The notes under the pieces are model-generated. The model had not been told where the DNA came from. It did no database searches and was given only the letters and a program-made list of their open reading frames with translations. DNA of 64,000 bases. It comes from an uncultured Planctomycetaceae bacterium. Its GTDB lineage: Bacteria; Planctomycetota; Planctomycetia; Planctomycetales; Planctomycetaceae. The position numbers and the translations under genes were made by a program. The stretch's first letter is position 1, and every line of letters begins with the position of its first letter. Of the stretch, positions 20,233 through 30,207 are shown one piece after another. The stretch is taken from positions 1 through 64,000 of the forward strand of contig CAWFAK010000010.1 of the NCBI GenBank assembly GCA_963813715.1, in the 5' to 3' direction.

Positions 20233-21605
20233 ATGGTGGCTTACGATGCCATCGTGATCGGCTCGGGGCAGGCCGGGAATCCGTTGTCGCAAAAGCTGGC
20301 CGACCGCGGCTGGTCGGTGGCCCTGATCGAACAGGACCACTTAGGTGGGACATGCATCAACACGGGGTGCACGCCGACCAAGACGATGGTCGCCTCGGCC
20401 CAGATCGCGCACTACGCGCGGAACGCAAGCCGATGGGGAGTGAAAGTCGGAGAGGTCAGCGTCGATCTGTCTGGCATCGTGGCCCGGAAGGACCGGACCG
20501 TGAGCCAATGGCGCTCGGGAATCGAGCGAAAGATCGGGGAACGCAAGACGCTGCGACTCGTCCACGGGCATGCCCGCTTCGTCGGCCCGCATGAGATCCG
20601 CGTCGGCGACGAGACTTTGAGCAGCGAACGCATCTTCATCGATACCGGCGCAAGGCCGGACGTCCCGACCGTGGACGGGCTCGAGCAAGTCGAGTTTCTC
20701 AACAACGCCAGCATCATGCAGTTGCAGCATTTGCCTGAGCACTTGCTCGTGCTGGGTGGCGGATACATCGGACTTGAATTCGGCCAGATGTTCCGGCGGT
20801 TCGGCAGCCGCGTGACGATCGTCCACCGCGACGAGCAGCTCCTGCCGCGCGAGGACGCCGACGTCGCGGAAGCTTTACAGGCGGCCCTGGAGGCCGAAGG
20901 GGTCCGCTTCATCCTCGGCGCCACGACGAAGCGGGTGGAGAAGCGAGACTCTGGAGTTGCGCTTCAAGTGGAGTCACGAGGCTCAGCGGAAACGTTGAAC
21001 GGGTCGCACCTGTTGGTCGCGACGGGGCGCAGGCCCAATACGGAAGATTTGGGACTGCCGGCGGCAGGCGTGGAGACGGACGAACGGGGATTCGTCCGCG
21101 TGAACAATCGGCTGGAGACCAGTGTGCCGGGCGTGTGGGCGCTCGGGGATGTTAAAGGCGGGCCTGCGTTCACACACATCTCCTTCAACGACTACCAGAT
21201 CGTTTACGCCAATCTCATAGAGGGTGGGGCCCTCACGACGGATCACCGTCCGGTGCCTTACGCCGTCTTCACCGACCCTCAGTTGGGTCGCGTGGGTTTG
21301 ACCGAGAAAGAGGCACGGGCAACGGGCAAGCGACTTAAGATCGGGACAATCCCGATGTCATGGGTCGCCCGCGCCATCGAGCGCGACGAAACGGCCGGGC
21401 TGATGAAACTGGTGGTCGACGCAGGCACCGATCAGATCCTGGGCGCGGCAATCCTGGCGCGGAGGGAGGAGAGCTGGTGCAGATCCTTCACGCCACGATG
21501 CTGGCCGGCGCGCCCTACACAATGCTCAAGGGGGCCGTGTACATCCATCCGACGCTTGCCGAAGGATTTTGGACGTTGATGGAAGAGGTAAAACCGGTTG
21601 AGTGA
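20233..21605 (+). CDS. Class I pyridine nucleotide-disulfide oxidoreductase (MerA/RclA-like, no C-terminal Cys pair); frameshift ~21460
   Basis: IVIGSGQAG; GGTCINTGCTPTK; LGGGYIGLE; IHPTLAE. Confidence 0.9.
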
Positions 21606-21624
21606 TCGGCGGATCGCCTGCGGC

Positions 21625-21909
21625 TCAGCCGATGACCTGCACGCCCTTCCAAAACGCGATGCGTCCGGCAATCTGTTTGGCGGCCTCCTTCGGAGTCGGG
21701 TAGTACCAGGCCGCGCCCGGATTGGTCTGTCCGTCGACGACCAGGTCGTAGTACTGGGCAGTCCCCTTCCATCCGCACACCGTCGTGTGGCTGCTCGCTT
21801 TCAGGTACTCCGACTTCACGCTCTCGGGTGGAAAGTAGTGATTGCCTTCGACGACGACAGTGTTGTCACTTTCAGCAATGACGTGCTCGTTCCACATCGC
21901 TTTCGCCAT
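21625..21909 (-). CDS. DUF427 domain protein
   Basis: VEGNHYFP; TVCGWKGTAQYY; AAWYYPTPK. Confidence 0.9.
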   Translation of the reverse strand: MAKAMWNEHVIAESDNTVVVEGNHYFPPESVKSEYLKASSHTTVCGWKGTAQYYDLVVDGQTNPGAAWYYPTPKEAAKQIAGRIAFWKGVQVIG

Positions 21910-21951
21910 CTGCTCACCTGTCCTTCCGCGACATTTCATTCATGGTCATAG

Positions 21952-23496
21952 TTATTCATGGGGATCGGCCTGGCGCTTCAAACCGCGCGGCACCACGGTC
22001 CATTCGAGCACGTCGATCGATCCTTGCAAAAGCAGGGCCAACAAGGCAGCGGGGATCGCGCCAGCCAGAATCAGCGACAGGTCATTGACGCGAATTCCAC
22101 GGAGAATCGGCTGGCCCAATCCGCCGGCGCCGATGATGGCGCCCAGCGTCGCGAAGCCGACGTTTTGCACGGCCGAAGTGCGAATGCCGGCCAAAAGCGT
22201 CGGCAAGGCGATGGGCAGTTCGATCTCGACGAGCCGTGACGTCGGGCCAAGCCCCAACACCGTGGCCGATTCGATCGTTCCGCGTGGGATCCCGTCCAGT
22301 CCCGTGTAAGTGTTCCTCACGATGGGCAACAGGCAATAACAGAACAGGGCCGTCACGGCCGTCACCGAACCTTCGCCAATGCTGCGATAGCCGAGTGCCG
22401 CCACCAGCGGTAAGAGCAGCACGAGCAGAGCGAGCGAAGGAATTGTTTGCAGCAAGCCGACGGCGGCCAACACTACCCGGCCGGTGCGGGGATTCCGTTG
22501 GGACAGAATGCCCAGCGCAATGCCGACGACGATTGCTGGCAAGAGCGATCGTCGCACCAGGTCGAGGTGCTCCAGAATGTGCCTCGTGATCATTTGAGTG
22601 CGCGACGTCGTTTGCACATCGACGTGCAGCCCGATTTGCTGCGTGAGAAAATCGGCGGCCGCCTGCGTTTCCGTTTTGCGACCCGCTTCGACCTCGTCGT
22701 TGAGCGCCTGCATCGTGGCTTCGGAGATCGTGCCGTCCAGTCGATGCATCGCGGCGGGTAATTCCGGGTACCGCGACTCCGCATTGAGTCGGTAAAGCCA
22801 GACGGCGTCATAGCGGGGAAAGAAGGCCGCGTCATCCTTGAGCAACACGAGATCGCTGCGGCGGATCATCGCGTCGGTCGAGTAAACGTCGATGATGTCG
22901 ACGTCGCCGGCCAAAAGCTCGCGATAAGCGACATCATGATCGACGCCGACGACGTTGTGCTGTTGAAGATCGTAGCGGCGCTTGAGCGCGGTCCAGCCGT
23001 CGCCGCGGTCAAGAAACTCGTGAGTGAGCGCGAGTTGAAGCTCGGGCAGCCGTTTGAGATCCGAAATTTTCGAGAGCCCAAGCTGCGCGGCGCGGCGGCG
23101 CGTCATGGCGAGCGCGTAGGTGTCGCTAAATCCCAGCGACTTGGACATGCCGATGCCCTTCTGACGCAGCAAGTCGCGCATCGCGTTCTCGTCGCTCGCG
23201 TTCTGGCCGGCGAAAATCTCCGCGGTAATCGTGCCGGTGTATTCGGGATAGATGTCGATTTCACCGGCTGCCAGTGCATCGAACACGATTCGCGTACCGC
23301 CGAACTCGCGATAATGCGCCACCTTGAGCCCGGCCTCTTCCGTCAACAGACGCATCATTTCGCCCAGAATGACCGACTCGGTGAACTTCTTCGATCCCAC
23401 GCGCAGCTGGACGGAACGCTGGGGAAGCGGGGCCAGCCCCGCAATCAAGAGCACCAGAGCCACGGCGATCAGCTTGACGAGGGACCGGTTTTTCAT
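21952..23496 (-). CDS. Glycine-betaine/OsmF-type ABC transporter, substrate-binding domain fused to permease
   Basis: VGSKKFTESVILGE; IYPEYTGT; FFPRY; LQTIPSLALL; GAGGLGQPI. Confidence 0.92.
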   Translation of the reverse strand: MKNRSLVKLIAVALVLLIAGLAPLPQRSVQLRVGSKKFTESVILGEMMRLLTEEAGLKVAHYREFGGTRIVFDALAAGEIDIYPEYTGTITAEIFAGQNASDENAMRDLLRQKGIGMSKSLGFSDTYALAMTRRRAAQLGLSKISDLKRLPELQLALTHEFLDRGDGWTALKRRYDLQQHNVVGVDHDVAYRELLAGDVDIIDVYSTDAMIRRSDLVLLKDDAAFFPRYDAVWLYRLNAESRYPELPAAMHRLDGTISEATMQALNDEVEAGRKTETQAAADFLTQQIGLHVDVQTTSRTQMITRHILEHLDLVRRSLLPAIVVGIALGILSQRNPRTGRVVLAAVGLLQTIPSLALLVLLLPLVAALGYRSIGEGSVTAVTALFCYCLLPIVRNTYTGLDGIPRGTIESATVLGLGPTSRLVEIELPIALPTLLAGIRTSAVQNVGFATLGAIIGAGGLGQPILRGIRVNDLSLILAGAIPAALLALLLQGSIDVLEWTVVPRGLKRQADPHE

Positions 23497-24221
23497 GCCG
23501 TGACGACCTGAGAACTGACGAATTCGCGGACGAAGTCGTCGCTCGGCCTTTCCAGGATTTCGGCAAACGGCCCCTGTTGCACGATGCGTCCTGCGTGCAT
23601 GACGCAGACACGATCGGCGAACCGGCCCGCTTCCACCAGGTCGTGCGTGACCAGCACCACGGTCGCTCCGGTTCGCTCAAAGACGTCATTGAGGTCGCGC
23701 TGCAAGCCCGCACGAATCAGCGGATCCAGAGCGCCCAAAGGTTCGTCCAACAAGAGAATCTGCGGTTTCAAGAAGAGGGCCCGCATCAGGCTCAGCCGTT
23801 GGCGCTGCCCGCCCGACAGCTCGTTCGGATAGCGGGCGAATCCGCTTTCGGGAAACTGGGTCATCTCTACCAACTCGGCCAGCCGTTCGCCGATCTTTTT
23901 CCGGGACCAGCCCTCGTGTCGCGGCATCAGCGTGACGTTTTCGACGGCGGTCAAGTGGGGAAACAAACCGCCTTCCTGGACCACATATCCCAGCTTGCGC
24001 CTGACGGAACGCATGGTTTGGTCGGAAAGCGGAATCGAGTCGACAACGATCCGTCCGCTTGTCGGAGAAATCAGCCCGGCCACGATTCGCAAAATTGTCG
24101 TCTTGCCGCAGCCACTGGGGCCTAGCAGCACGACCACCTCGCCCCGTTCGATGACAAGATCGAGCGGCTGAACGACGGTCGTTCCGCCGAACGATTTCGA
24201 GACTCCACGAAACTCGAGCAT
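23493..24221 (-). CDS. ABC transporter ATP-binding subunit (OpuBA-like)
   Basis: GPSGCGKTT; LSGGQRQR; LLDEPLGALD. Confidence 0.93.
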   Translation of the reverse strand: MLEFRGVSKSFGGTTVVQPLDLVIERGEVVVLLGPSGCGKTTILRIVAGLISPTSGRIVVDSIPLSDQTMRSVRRKLGYVVQEGGLFPHLTAVENVTLMPRHEGWSRKKIGERLAELVEMTQFPESGFARYPNELSGGQRQRLSLMRALFLKPQILLLDEPLGALDPLIRAGLQRDLNDVFERTGATVVLVTHDLVEAGRFADRVCVMHAGRIVQQGPFAEILERPSDDFVREFVSSQVVTA

Positions 24222-24275
24222 GTGAGTCTCAGGAACGGGTGAGGCGGGGCGATTCCGTGACGGAAACGTCGCTGG

Positions 24276-25640
24276 CTATTTTTTTAAGTCGCGAGCCAAA
24301 CGGAAACCGGTGAACTGCCACCGCGCGTCCGGCGGAAAGAAATTGCGGTAGGTCGCTCGTAAGTGGCTGGCGGGGGAAGCGCACGATCCGCCGCGCAAAA
24401 CGTACTGATTGCACATGAACTTGCCGTTGTACTCGCCTAGCGTGCCTGGGAGCGGCGCATAACCGGGATAGGCGGCGTAGGGGCTGGCCGTCCATTGCCA
24501 AACCTCGCCGTACATTTGAGCAAGTCCGGGATCGCCGTCGACCGGTGCCGGGTGGTAATGCTCGCTTTCCACGAAGCTGCCATCCACAAAGCTGCCACTG
24601 AGGTCGAGCGGCGAAGCGGCGTGCTCCCATTCGGCTTCCGTTGGCAGCCGAGCGCCCGACCAGCGCGCGAAGGCATCCGCCTCAAAGTAGCTGACGTGGC
24701 ACGCCGGCTCGTCCAGGTTCAACGGGCGCAGCCCGCCGAGTGAAAACTCATGCCAACTGCCGTCCCGCTCGATCCAATACAACGGGGCCGCCCATTGTTG
24801 CTCTCGCAGAGTTGACCAGCCGAGCGACAGCCACAACTCGGGGCGACGGTAGCCGCCATCGTTCATGAACTCGAGAAATTCACGATTCGTCGCGAGACGA
24901 TTTCGAATTTGAAATGGCTGCACAAACGTTTTGTGGCGCGGTCGCTCGTTGTCGAAGGCAAACATGCGACCCGCGTACCCGATCTCCACGACACCCCCGT
25001 CAAAGGAAGACCACCCGCCCGGCTCGGGCTTACTCGGCGAAGTGCCGGCCGGCGACTGCCGGTAGGCGGGGAACAGTGGATTGCACGAGAAAGCGTGTTT
25101 GATGTCTGTGAGCATCAACTCTTGATGTTGTTGTTCGTGGTTGATTCCCAATTCGATGACGCTTGCCATTTCCTGCGAGCCGTCTCGGGACCCGTCGTCA
25201 CCGAGGCTCTGCAGCAGTCGCGCCATGCGCTCATCGACGGCGTGTCGATACTCGAAGACTTCGGCCACCGTCGGTCGCGTCAACAGTCCGCGCCGAACGC
25301 GGGGAAACGCTTCACCGACACCGTTGTAGTAGGAATTGAAGAGAACCTGGAAGGCGGCGTTGGCCGGCCGATAGTTCGCCTCCCAACGGGCCAGCACAAA
25401 CGTCTCAAAAAACCAGGCCGTGTGCGCCAAGTGCCACCGCGTCGGGCTGGCGTCGGGCATGGATTGCACGACGAAATCCTCGACTGCCAGGGGCTCGCAC
25501 AGGTGTTCCGTAAACCGGCGAGTTTGCGAGTAATGTTCGGCGAGATTTGCCAATAGTCGCGCCTCTCGGCAGAGACAACCCGCGATTGGATTGACAACGC
25601 GGGACTCAGGACGTAGGTCGTTCTGAATTGTAGCAGACAT
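24276..25640 (-). CDS. egtB: Ergothioneine sulfoxide synthase
   Basis: QSMPDASPTRWHLAH; FNSYY; HEQQHQEL; RLPTEAEWE; EYNGKFM; RNFFPP..RWQFTGFRLA. Confidence 0.92.
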   Translation of the reverse strand: MSATIQNDLRPESRVVNPIAGCLCREARLLANLAEHYSQTRRFTEHLCEPLAVEDFVVQSMPDASPTRWHLAHTAWFFETFVLARWEANYRPANAAFQVLFNSYYNGVGEAFPRVRRGLLTRPTVAEVFEYRHAVDERMARLLQSLGDDGSRDGSQEMASVIELGINHEQQHQELMLTDIKHAFSCNPLFPAYRQSPAGTSPSKPEPGGWSSFDGGVVEIGYAGRMFAFDNERPRHKTFVQPFQIRNRLATNREFLEFMNDGGYRRPELWLSLGWSTLREQQWAAPLYWIERDGSWHEFSLGGLRPLNLDEPACHVSYFEADAFARWSGARLPTEAEWEHAASPLDLSGSFVDGSFVESEHYHPAPVDGDPGLAQMYGEVWQWTASPYAAYPGYAPLPGTLGEYNGKFMCNQYVLRGGSCASPASHLRATYRNFFPPDARWQFTGFRLARDLKK

Positions 25641-25783
25641 CACGTGGACCCGGCCGCGGCCAAGCTGATCCAAGTGTCCCGCCGCCGGTGGCCCTCAGGC
25701 GTCGCTCAGCGACGGAGAACCCGAACAGTGGGATTGGGGGTCCATAACGAAGAGGCTGGACACGCCAGGCTCACTCGCGGGCC

Positions 25784-26167
25784 TCAGCGCATCACCTCTA
25801 CCCACTGGGCCCGCCAAGCCGGCGGCTCGAACGGGTCTGCGAAGTACTGGGTCTCGCGGGCGACTTTATCGCCGCGGAACTCCATGATGCTGACCGTCAG
25901 GACCGGCCGCCCGTCGTATTTAATCACGTACTCTGTGACCCAGAAGTCCCCTTCCCCGACCATCCGCCGGACCACGAAACCCGACGGCCTGGCCGGATGG
26001 TGGCTGCGGAGCGCTTGCACGTTGTGTCGTCCGCTCACGCGCTCCCCCGACTGGGGATACTCAACGATTACGTCGTCGAGGTAGATCTCGTGTTCCCCGT
26101 CCTGATCTCCCGCGGCCGCAGCGGTCCAGTGCCGCTCCAGGGCCGCGCGAGTTTCCCGGTTCCCCAT
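25784..26167 (-). CDS. SnoaL-like/NTF2-family protein
   Basis: EHEIYLDDVIVEYPQSGERVSG; ETQYFADPFEPPAWR. Confidence 0.85.
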   Translation of the reverse strand: MGNRETRAALERHWTAAAAGDQDGEHEIYLDDVIVEYPQSGERVSGRHNVQALRSHHPARPSGFVVRRMVGEGDFWVTEYVIKYDGRPVLTVSIMEFRGDKVARETQYFADPFEPPAWRAQWVEVMR

Positions 26168-26390
26168 GACACGCACCTCTCCTGAGTCGCAAAGCGGAGC
26201 GCTACCAGTGCCCCGTTTCGCCAGACTGACGTTCGTCCTACCGCTGTCTACCCTCGTGATGCCGTTTGCCGGCAGGACGCACGTCGGGCCGTAAAGAATC
26301 CTGCTCGGGTCGATGAATCCATCGCGCCTTCTACTCTGTCGCCGAGCAACGAAATGCACCTGGTGAGCCGCCGCTGCGTTGAAAGGCGAG

Positions 26391-26477
26391 CGGAGAGGGG
26401 GGGATTCGAACCCCCGGTCGGGTTGCCCCGACTCCGGTTTTCAAGACCGGTGCAATCGACCGCTCTGCCACCTCTCC
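26391..26477 (-). tRNA. tRNA-Ser(TGA), 87 nt, CCA not encoded
   Basis: GGAGAGG acceptor stem, anticodon loop CTTGAAA, long variable arm, GGTTCGAATCC T-arm, G discriminator. Confidence 0.97.
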
Positions 26478-26597
26478 GGGTTCCGCGGCGCGTGAATCCT
26501 AACTGTGGATCTGCCGATTTTCCAGCGGCGCTCCGTGCGGCCGAGGACGACGTCCGGCGTCCGAGCGACCACGTCGGTTTTCAGCGCAGGGGCTGCG

Positions 26598-27329
26598 CTA
26601 GTGTTTCGCCAAGAGCGGCGATCGCTCGGCGATATTACGCGCCTTGTAGTAGGCCCGACGCCACAGCGGCATCATCTTGCACAGCGTTTGGATCCACTCG
26701 ATCTTTCCGCTCAGCAAGGCCGGATGGACGACGGGGACGGGGCCGCGATTGCCGGGCGCGCACTTCGCGCAGGCCGCCTCGTCCCGAGAAAAGACCATCA
26801 AGTTTTGCCGATACCACCAGTTGATCTCGTTGTCGTCCCAGAATTCCCAGCGAAGCGAATCGGACCCGACGTAGCCTTGCGCAGCGAACTTGTCCCACCA
26901 ATAGGCGGGCCATTGTTCGTTCACGTGCCCGTCCCCGCCTTGGCCAGGGATTGCGGCCGAAAAGACGACGGTCGGGGCCAGTCGGCACAACGAGTTCACA
27001 AGAGTGTCCGCCGCCTCGGCCGGCAGATGCTCGGCCACCTCCACCGAGATGGCCAGGTCGAACGTCGACTCGCAGCGCAGGTCCCGTGTGAGGTCGGCTG
27101 CTTGAAAATTCTGCGGTTCGAGCAGAAAGTCGCTCGGCAACGATTGATCAATGCCCAGCACTCGTTCGACGCCGCGGTCCTGGAAGGTGGCGAGCCACGT
27201 CCCCAGTCCGCAGCCGACGTCGACCACGCTCCGCGGCGCGAACAATTCGATTAATCGGGGCACAACGCGATCGGCCGCCCGGCGGTTATAGACGTCGGGC
27301 GGATAGGCAAAGGCAGCGGCGCGCGGCAC
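26598..27329 (-). CDS. Class I SAM-dependent methyltransferase
   Basis: VVDVGCGLG; FDLAISVEVAEHL; PGQGGDGHVNEQ. Confidence 0.9.
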   Translation of the reverse strand: MPRAAAFAYPPDVYNRRAADRVVPRLIELFAPRSVVDVGCGLGTWLATFQDRGVERVLGIDQSLPSDFLLEPQNFQAADLTRDLRCESTFDLAISVEVAEHLPAEAADTLVNSLCRLAPTVVFSAAIPGQGGDGHVNEQWPAYWWDKFAAQGYVGSDSLRWEFWDDNEINWWYRQNLMVFSRDEAACAKCAPGNRGPVPVVHPALLSGKIEWIQTLCKMMPLWRRAYYKARNIAERSPLLAKH

Positions 27330-27536
27330 GAGGCGCCTCCGTTTCTCTCAAAAGTCAGGCCGGCTCGTAGTGGACTAGTTTCGGACCGTGGACGGCTTCG
27401 GACCGGCGATGGTCACCGACAGGTTCAGGCCCATGCTCCGTCGGCAAATGCCCTGCCGATGCTAACGGTCCGCGCGGCACCGTCAAACGTCGGGGCGACG
27501 CCGTGTGGCCAAATGAGCCGCCGCGGCGGGCACGGC

Positions 27537-28040
27537 TCACGAGGATCGCTGATCGCCGTCGTGTGGTCGCCAAAGTTTGATCAGTTCCGCCTGCTGGCCG
27601 TTCGTCAGGTCGGACCAGTGTTTGATCGACAGCTGGAGTTGGGCCAGCTCGCTCGTCGCCAATTCGGTCGAGATGTGAGCCAGCTCGTTGAGGAATTGGG
27701 ACATCCCCGGATTGTGGCCCACGAGCATCACGCAGTCTTCCGCGTCGGGCAGGGCGCGGACAACCTCCCGGTGGTCCTGCGGCGTCGCCAAGTAAAGGCG
27801 GTCCGTGAGCTCGATGGCGCGCGAATACTCCAGCTCTTTGGCCACCTTCGAGGCCGTCTTGCGGGCCCGCCGCGCGGAGGAGCTCACGATCAGCGTGGGG
27901 ACCATCTCGGCCTCGCGCAATCGTTGTCCCATGAGCTTGGCGTCTTCTTTTCCGCGCGATTTAAGCGGACGGTCATGGTCGGGCAGCTGCGAATCGTCGC
28001 GACTCGCCTTGGCGTGGCGGAGCAGAAGGAGTGTTTTCAT
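27537..28040 (-). CDS. sixA: SixA-type phosphohistidine phosphatase
   Basis: LLRHAKA; DHDRPL; LVGHNPG. Confidence 0.88.
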   Translation of the reverse strand: MKTLLLLRHAKASRDDSQLPDHDRPLKSRGKEDAKLMGQRLREAEMVPTLIVSSSARRARKTASKVAKELEYSRAIELTDRLYLATPQDHREVVRALPDAEDCVMLVGHNPGMSQFLNELAHISTELATSELAQLQLSIKHWSDLTNGQQAELIKLWRPHDGDQRSS

Positions 28041-28042
28041 CG

Positions 28043-30157
28043 TTAAGGCGTGTTGTCGGGCGCCTGGTGCGGTTCAAAGACGGTTCGCTGGGATTGTTCG
28101 GCCATCAGGGCGGCATCGCAGACGCGGCGATAGAGAACTTCCTGAACGCGCAGAGGCGGCCGCTTGGCGCTGGCGGTGAGCCGCTTGTAGCGACCGTCGG
28201 GCAATAGACGACGGCTTTTCATGTCGTCCTTGAAGTAGGTTTTGAGCGTTAGCAGCAGCCGCTCCTTGAGCGTATGGTCCTCCACCGGAATCAAAAGTTC
28301 GACACGCCGATCCAGGTTGCGGGGCATCCAATCGGCACTCGAGATGAAGACGCGGCGATCGCCGCCGTGATGGAAATAGAGGATCCGCGAGTGCTCCAGA
28401 AACCGGTCGATGATACTGACGACCGAGATGTGCTCGCTCAACTTGGGAACGCCCGGCCGCAGGCAACACACGCCGCGAATGTTGAGCCTGATCTCCACGC
28501 CCGCGTTCGACGCCCGGTACAAAGCCTCGATGATCTCCGGATCGACGAGCGAATTGAGCTTGGCAATGATCCGCGCCTTCTGGCCGTGGTTTTTCCGGTC
28601 GGTCTCCGCATCGATCATCTCGATGATCCGTTCGCGGAGGCCCAAGGGAGCGGCGTCGATCTTGCGGAACCGTTGCGGCTGCGAAAAGCCCGTGATGGCA
28701 TTGAAGAAAGAAATCGCGTCGGCGCCCACTTCCTCGTTCGCCGTCATCAGGCTGACGTCGCTGTAAAGGCGGGCTGTGATCTCGTTGTAATTGCCAGTGC
28801 CGAAGTGGACATAGCGGACGATGCCGTGCGGCTCGCGGCGGACGATGATGCAGATCTTGGCGTGCGTTTTGAGCCCTTTGACTCCGTAAACGACCTGCAC
28901 CCCGGCCCGCTCCAGGTTACGCGCCCATTCGATGTTACGGGCCTCGTCGAAGCGGGCCCGCAGTTCGATCACGGCCGTCACGTATTTGCCGCGCTCCGCC
29001 GCGCGCTCGAGCGCCGCGACGATCGGGCTGTTACGGCTGGTGCGATACAGGGTCTGCTTGATCGCCAAAACGTCAGGATCCTCGGCCGCTTCCTCCAAAA
29101 GTCGTACGACGGGCTCGAAGCTGTCGTACGGGTGCAGGAGCAGGACGTCACGCCGGGCGAGCACGTTGAACATTCCGGCGGCGAGATCAACGTCGGGCGA
29201 AATACGGGGCGGCCAGGGCTCGTATTTGAGACTCTCGAAGCCCTGTAAATCGGAAAGCCGCATGAAGCCGGCCAGGTCGAGCGGTCCGGGAAGCGAGTAG
29301 ATCTCGGCTTCGTCCACGCCGAGCGCTTGGCGGAGAAAGGCGACCGTCTCTGCGTCGGCCCCGGCGGCAACTTCCAGCCGCACGCAGTTGCCGAGCTTGC
29401 GATCGTCCAGGACCTCCTCAATTTCCTGGAGCAGGTTGTGGACGAGGTCGTCGCGGACCGCGATGTCGGCATTGCGTGTGATGCGGAAGGGCGCGCTGTG
29501 CACGACCCCTTCGCCGGGGAAGAATTGCTCCGCCTCGGCCGCGACGATATCTTCGAGCAGGATATAGCAATAACCGCGATCGGAGGGGAGCGTCACAAAG
29601 CGACTGAGTGAGCGGCCGATGGGAATGATCGCAAACCGCGATTGCGTCTCGCCGTCGCGCGGCGCGAGCCTGACCGCCACATGCAGCATCTGGTGCGGCA
29701 AGAGCGGGAAGTCGAGCGAGTCGTCGATCGCCATCGGCGTGAGGACCGAGGCCACTTCGTCGCCGAAGAACTGGTCGACAACCTGCTTCTGGCGATCGTT
29801 GAGGTCGGACGTCGTCAAGCGTCGCATGCCGGCCTGGGCGAGCTGCGGCTCGAGCTCTTCGAGGAAGCAGCGGTACTGATCGCCCGTCATGCGATGAACG
29901 CGGGCGGCAATTGCATCGAGCTGCTCGCGGACCGACATGCCGGCCGGGTCGGCGGGCGGATTCTCCTGGTGCTCGACCAGCTTCAGCCCGCCGACGCGGA
30001 CCATGAAGAACTCGTCGAGATTGCTCGCGCTGATCGCCAGGAACTTCAATCGTTCGAGCACGGGAACGTTCGCGTCGTGCGCTTCGTCCAGTACGCCCTG
30101 ATTGAACTCCAGCCAGCTGAGTTCACGGTTAAGATAACGAGACGGTGTATCGGCCAT
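28043..30157 (-). CDS. ppk1: Polyphosphate kinase 1
   Basis: NRELSWLEFN; NLDEFFMVRV; KTHAK; GTGNYN; SADWMPRNLDRRVE. Confidence 0.98.
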   Translation of the reverse strand: MADTPSRYLNRELSWLEFNQGVLDEAHDANVPVLERLKFLAISASNLDEFFMVRVGGLKLVEHQENPPADPAGMSVREQLDAIAARVHRMTGDQYRCFLEELEPQLAQAGMRRLTTSDLNDRQKQVVDQFFGDEVASVLTPMAIDDSLDFPLLPHQMLHVAVRLAPRDGETQSRFAIIPIGRSLSRFVTLPSDRGYCYILLEDIVAAEAEQFFPGEGVVHSAPFRITRNADIAVRDDLVHNLLQEIEEVLDDRKLGNCVRLEVAAGADAETVAFLRQALGVDEAEIYSLPGPLDLAGFMRLSDLQGFESLKYEPWPPRISPDVDLAAGMFNVLARRDVLLLHPYDSFEPVVRLLEEAAEDPDVLAIKQTLYRTSRNSPIVAALERAAERGKYVTAVIELRARFDEARNIEWARNLERAGVQVVYGVKGLKTHAKICIIVRREPHGIVRYVHFGTGNYNEITARLYSDVSLMTANEEVGADAISFFNAITGFSQPQRFRKIDAAPLGLRERIIEMIDAETDRKNHGQKARIIAKLNSLVDPEIIEALYRASNAGVEIRLNIRGVCCLRPGVPKLSEHISVVSIIDRFLEHSRILYFHHGGDRRVFISSADWMPRNLDRRVELLIPVEDHTLKERLLLTLKTYFKDDMKSRRLLPDGRYKRLTASAKRPPLRVQEVLYRRVCDAALMAEQSQRTVFEPHQAPDNTP

Positions 30158-30207
30158 GATGCGAAGTCAAAGTGGTTTTGCCGAACGGCGTGCGATCGGT
30201 GGCGAGT

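Noticed and set aside
8640..21470. Programmed frameshifting in the NtrC, MFP, egtD and reductase genes
   Set aside because: No consistent slippery sites, and these families are not known to use it; indel error is more likely.
20233..21605. merA assignment
   Set aside because: No C-terminal Cys-Cys, no NmerA domain, no mer operon.
24276..25640. Selenoneine pathway (senA)
   Set aside because: No senB or senC (selenophosphate synthetase) in the window; egtB is the simpler call.
25641..25783. Riboswitch upstream of egtB (CGCCAGGCTC resembles part of the SAH motif)
   Set aside because: The match is on the wrong strand and other consensus elements are missing; an Rfam scan would settle it.
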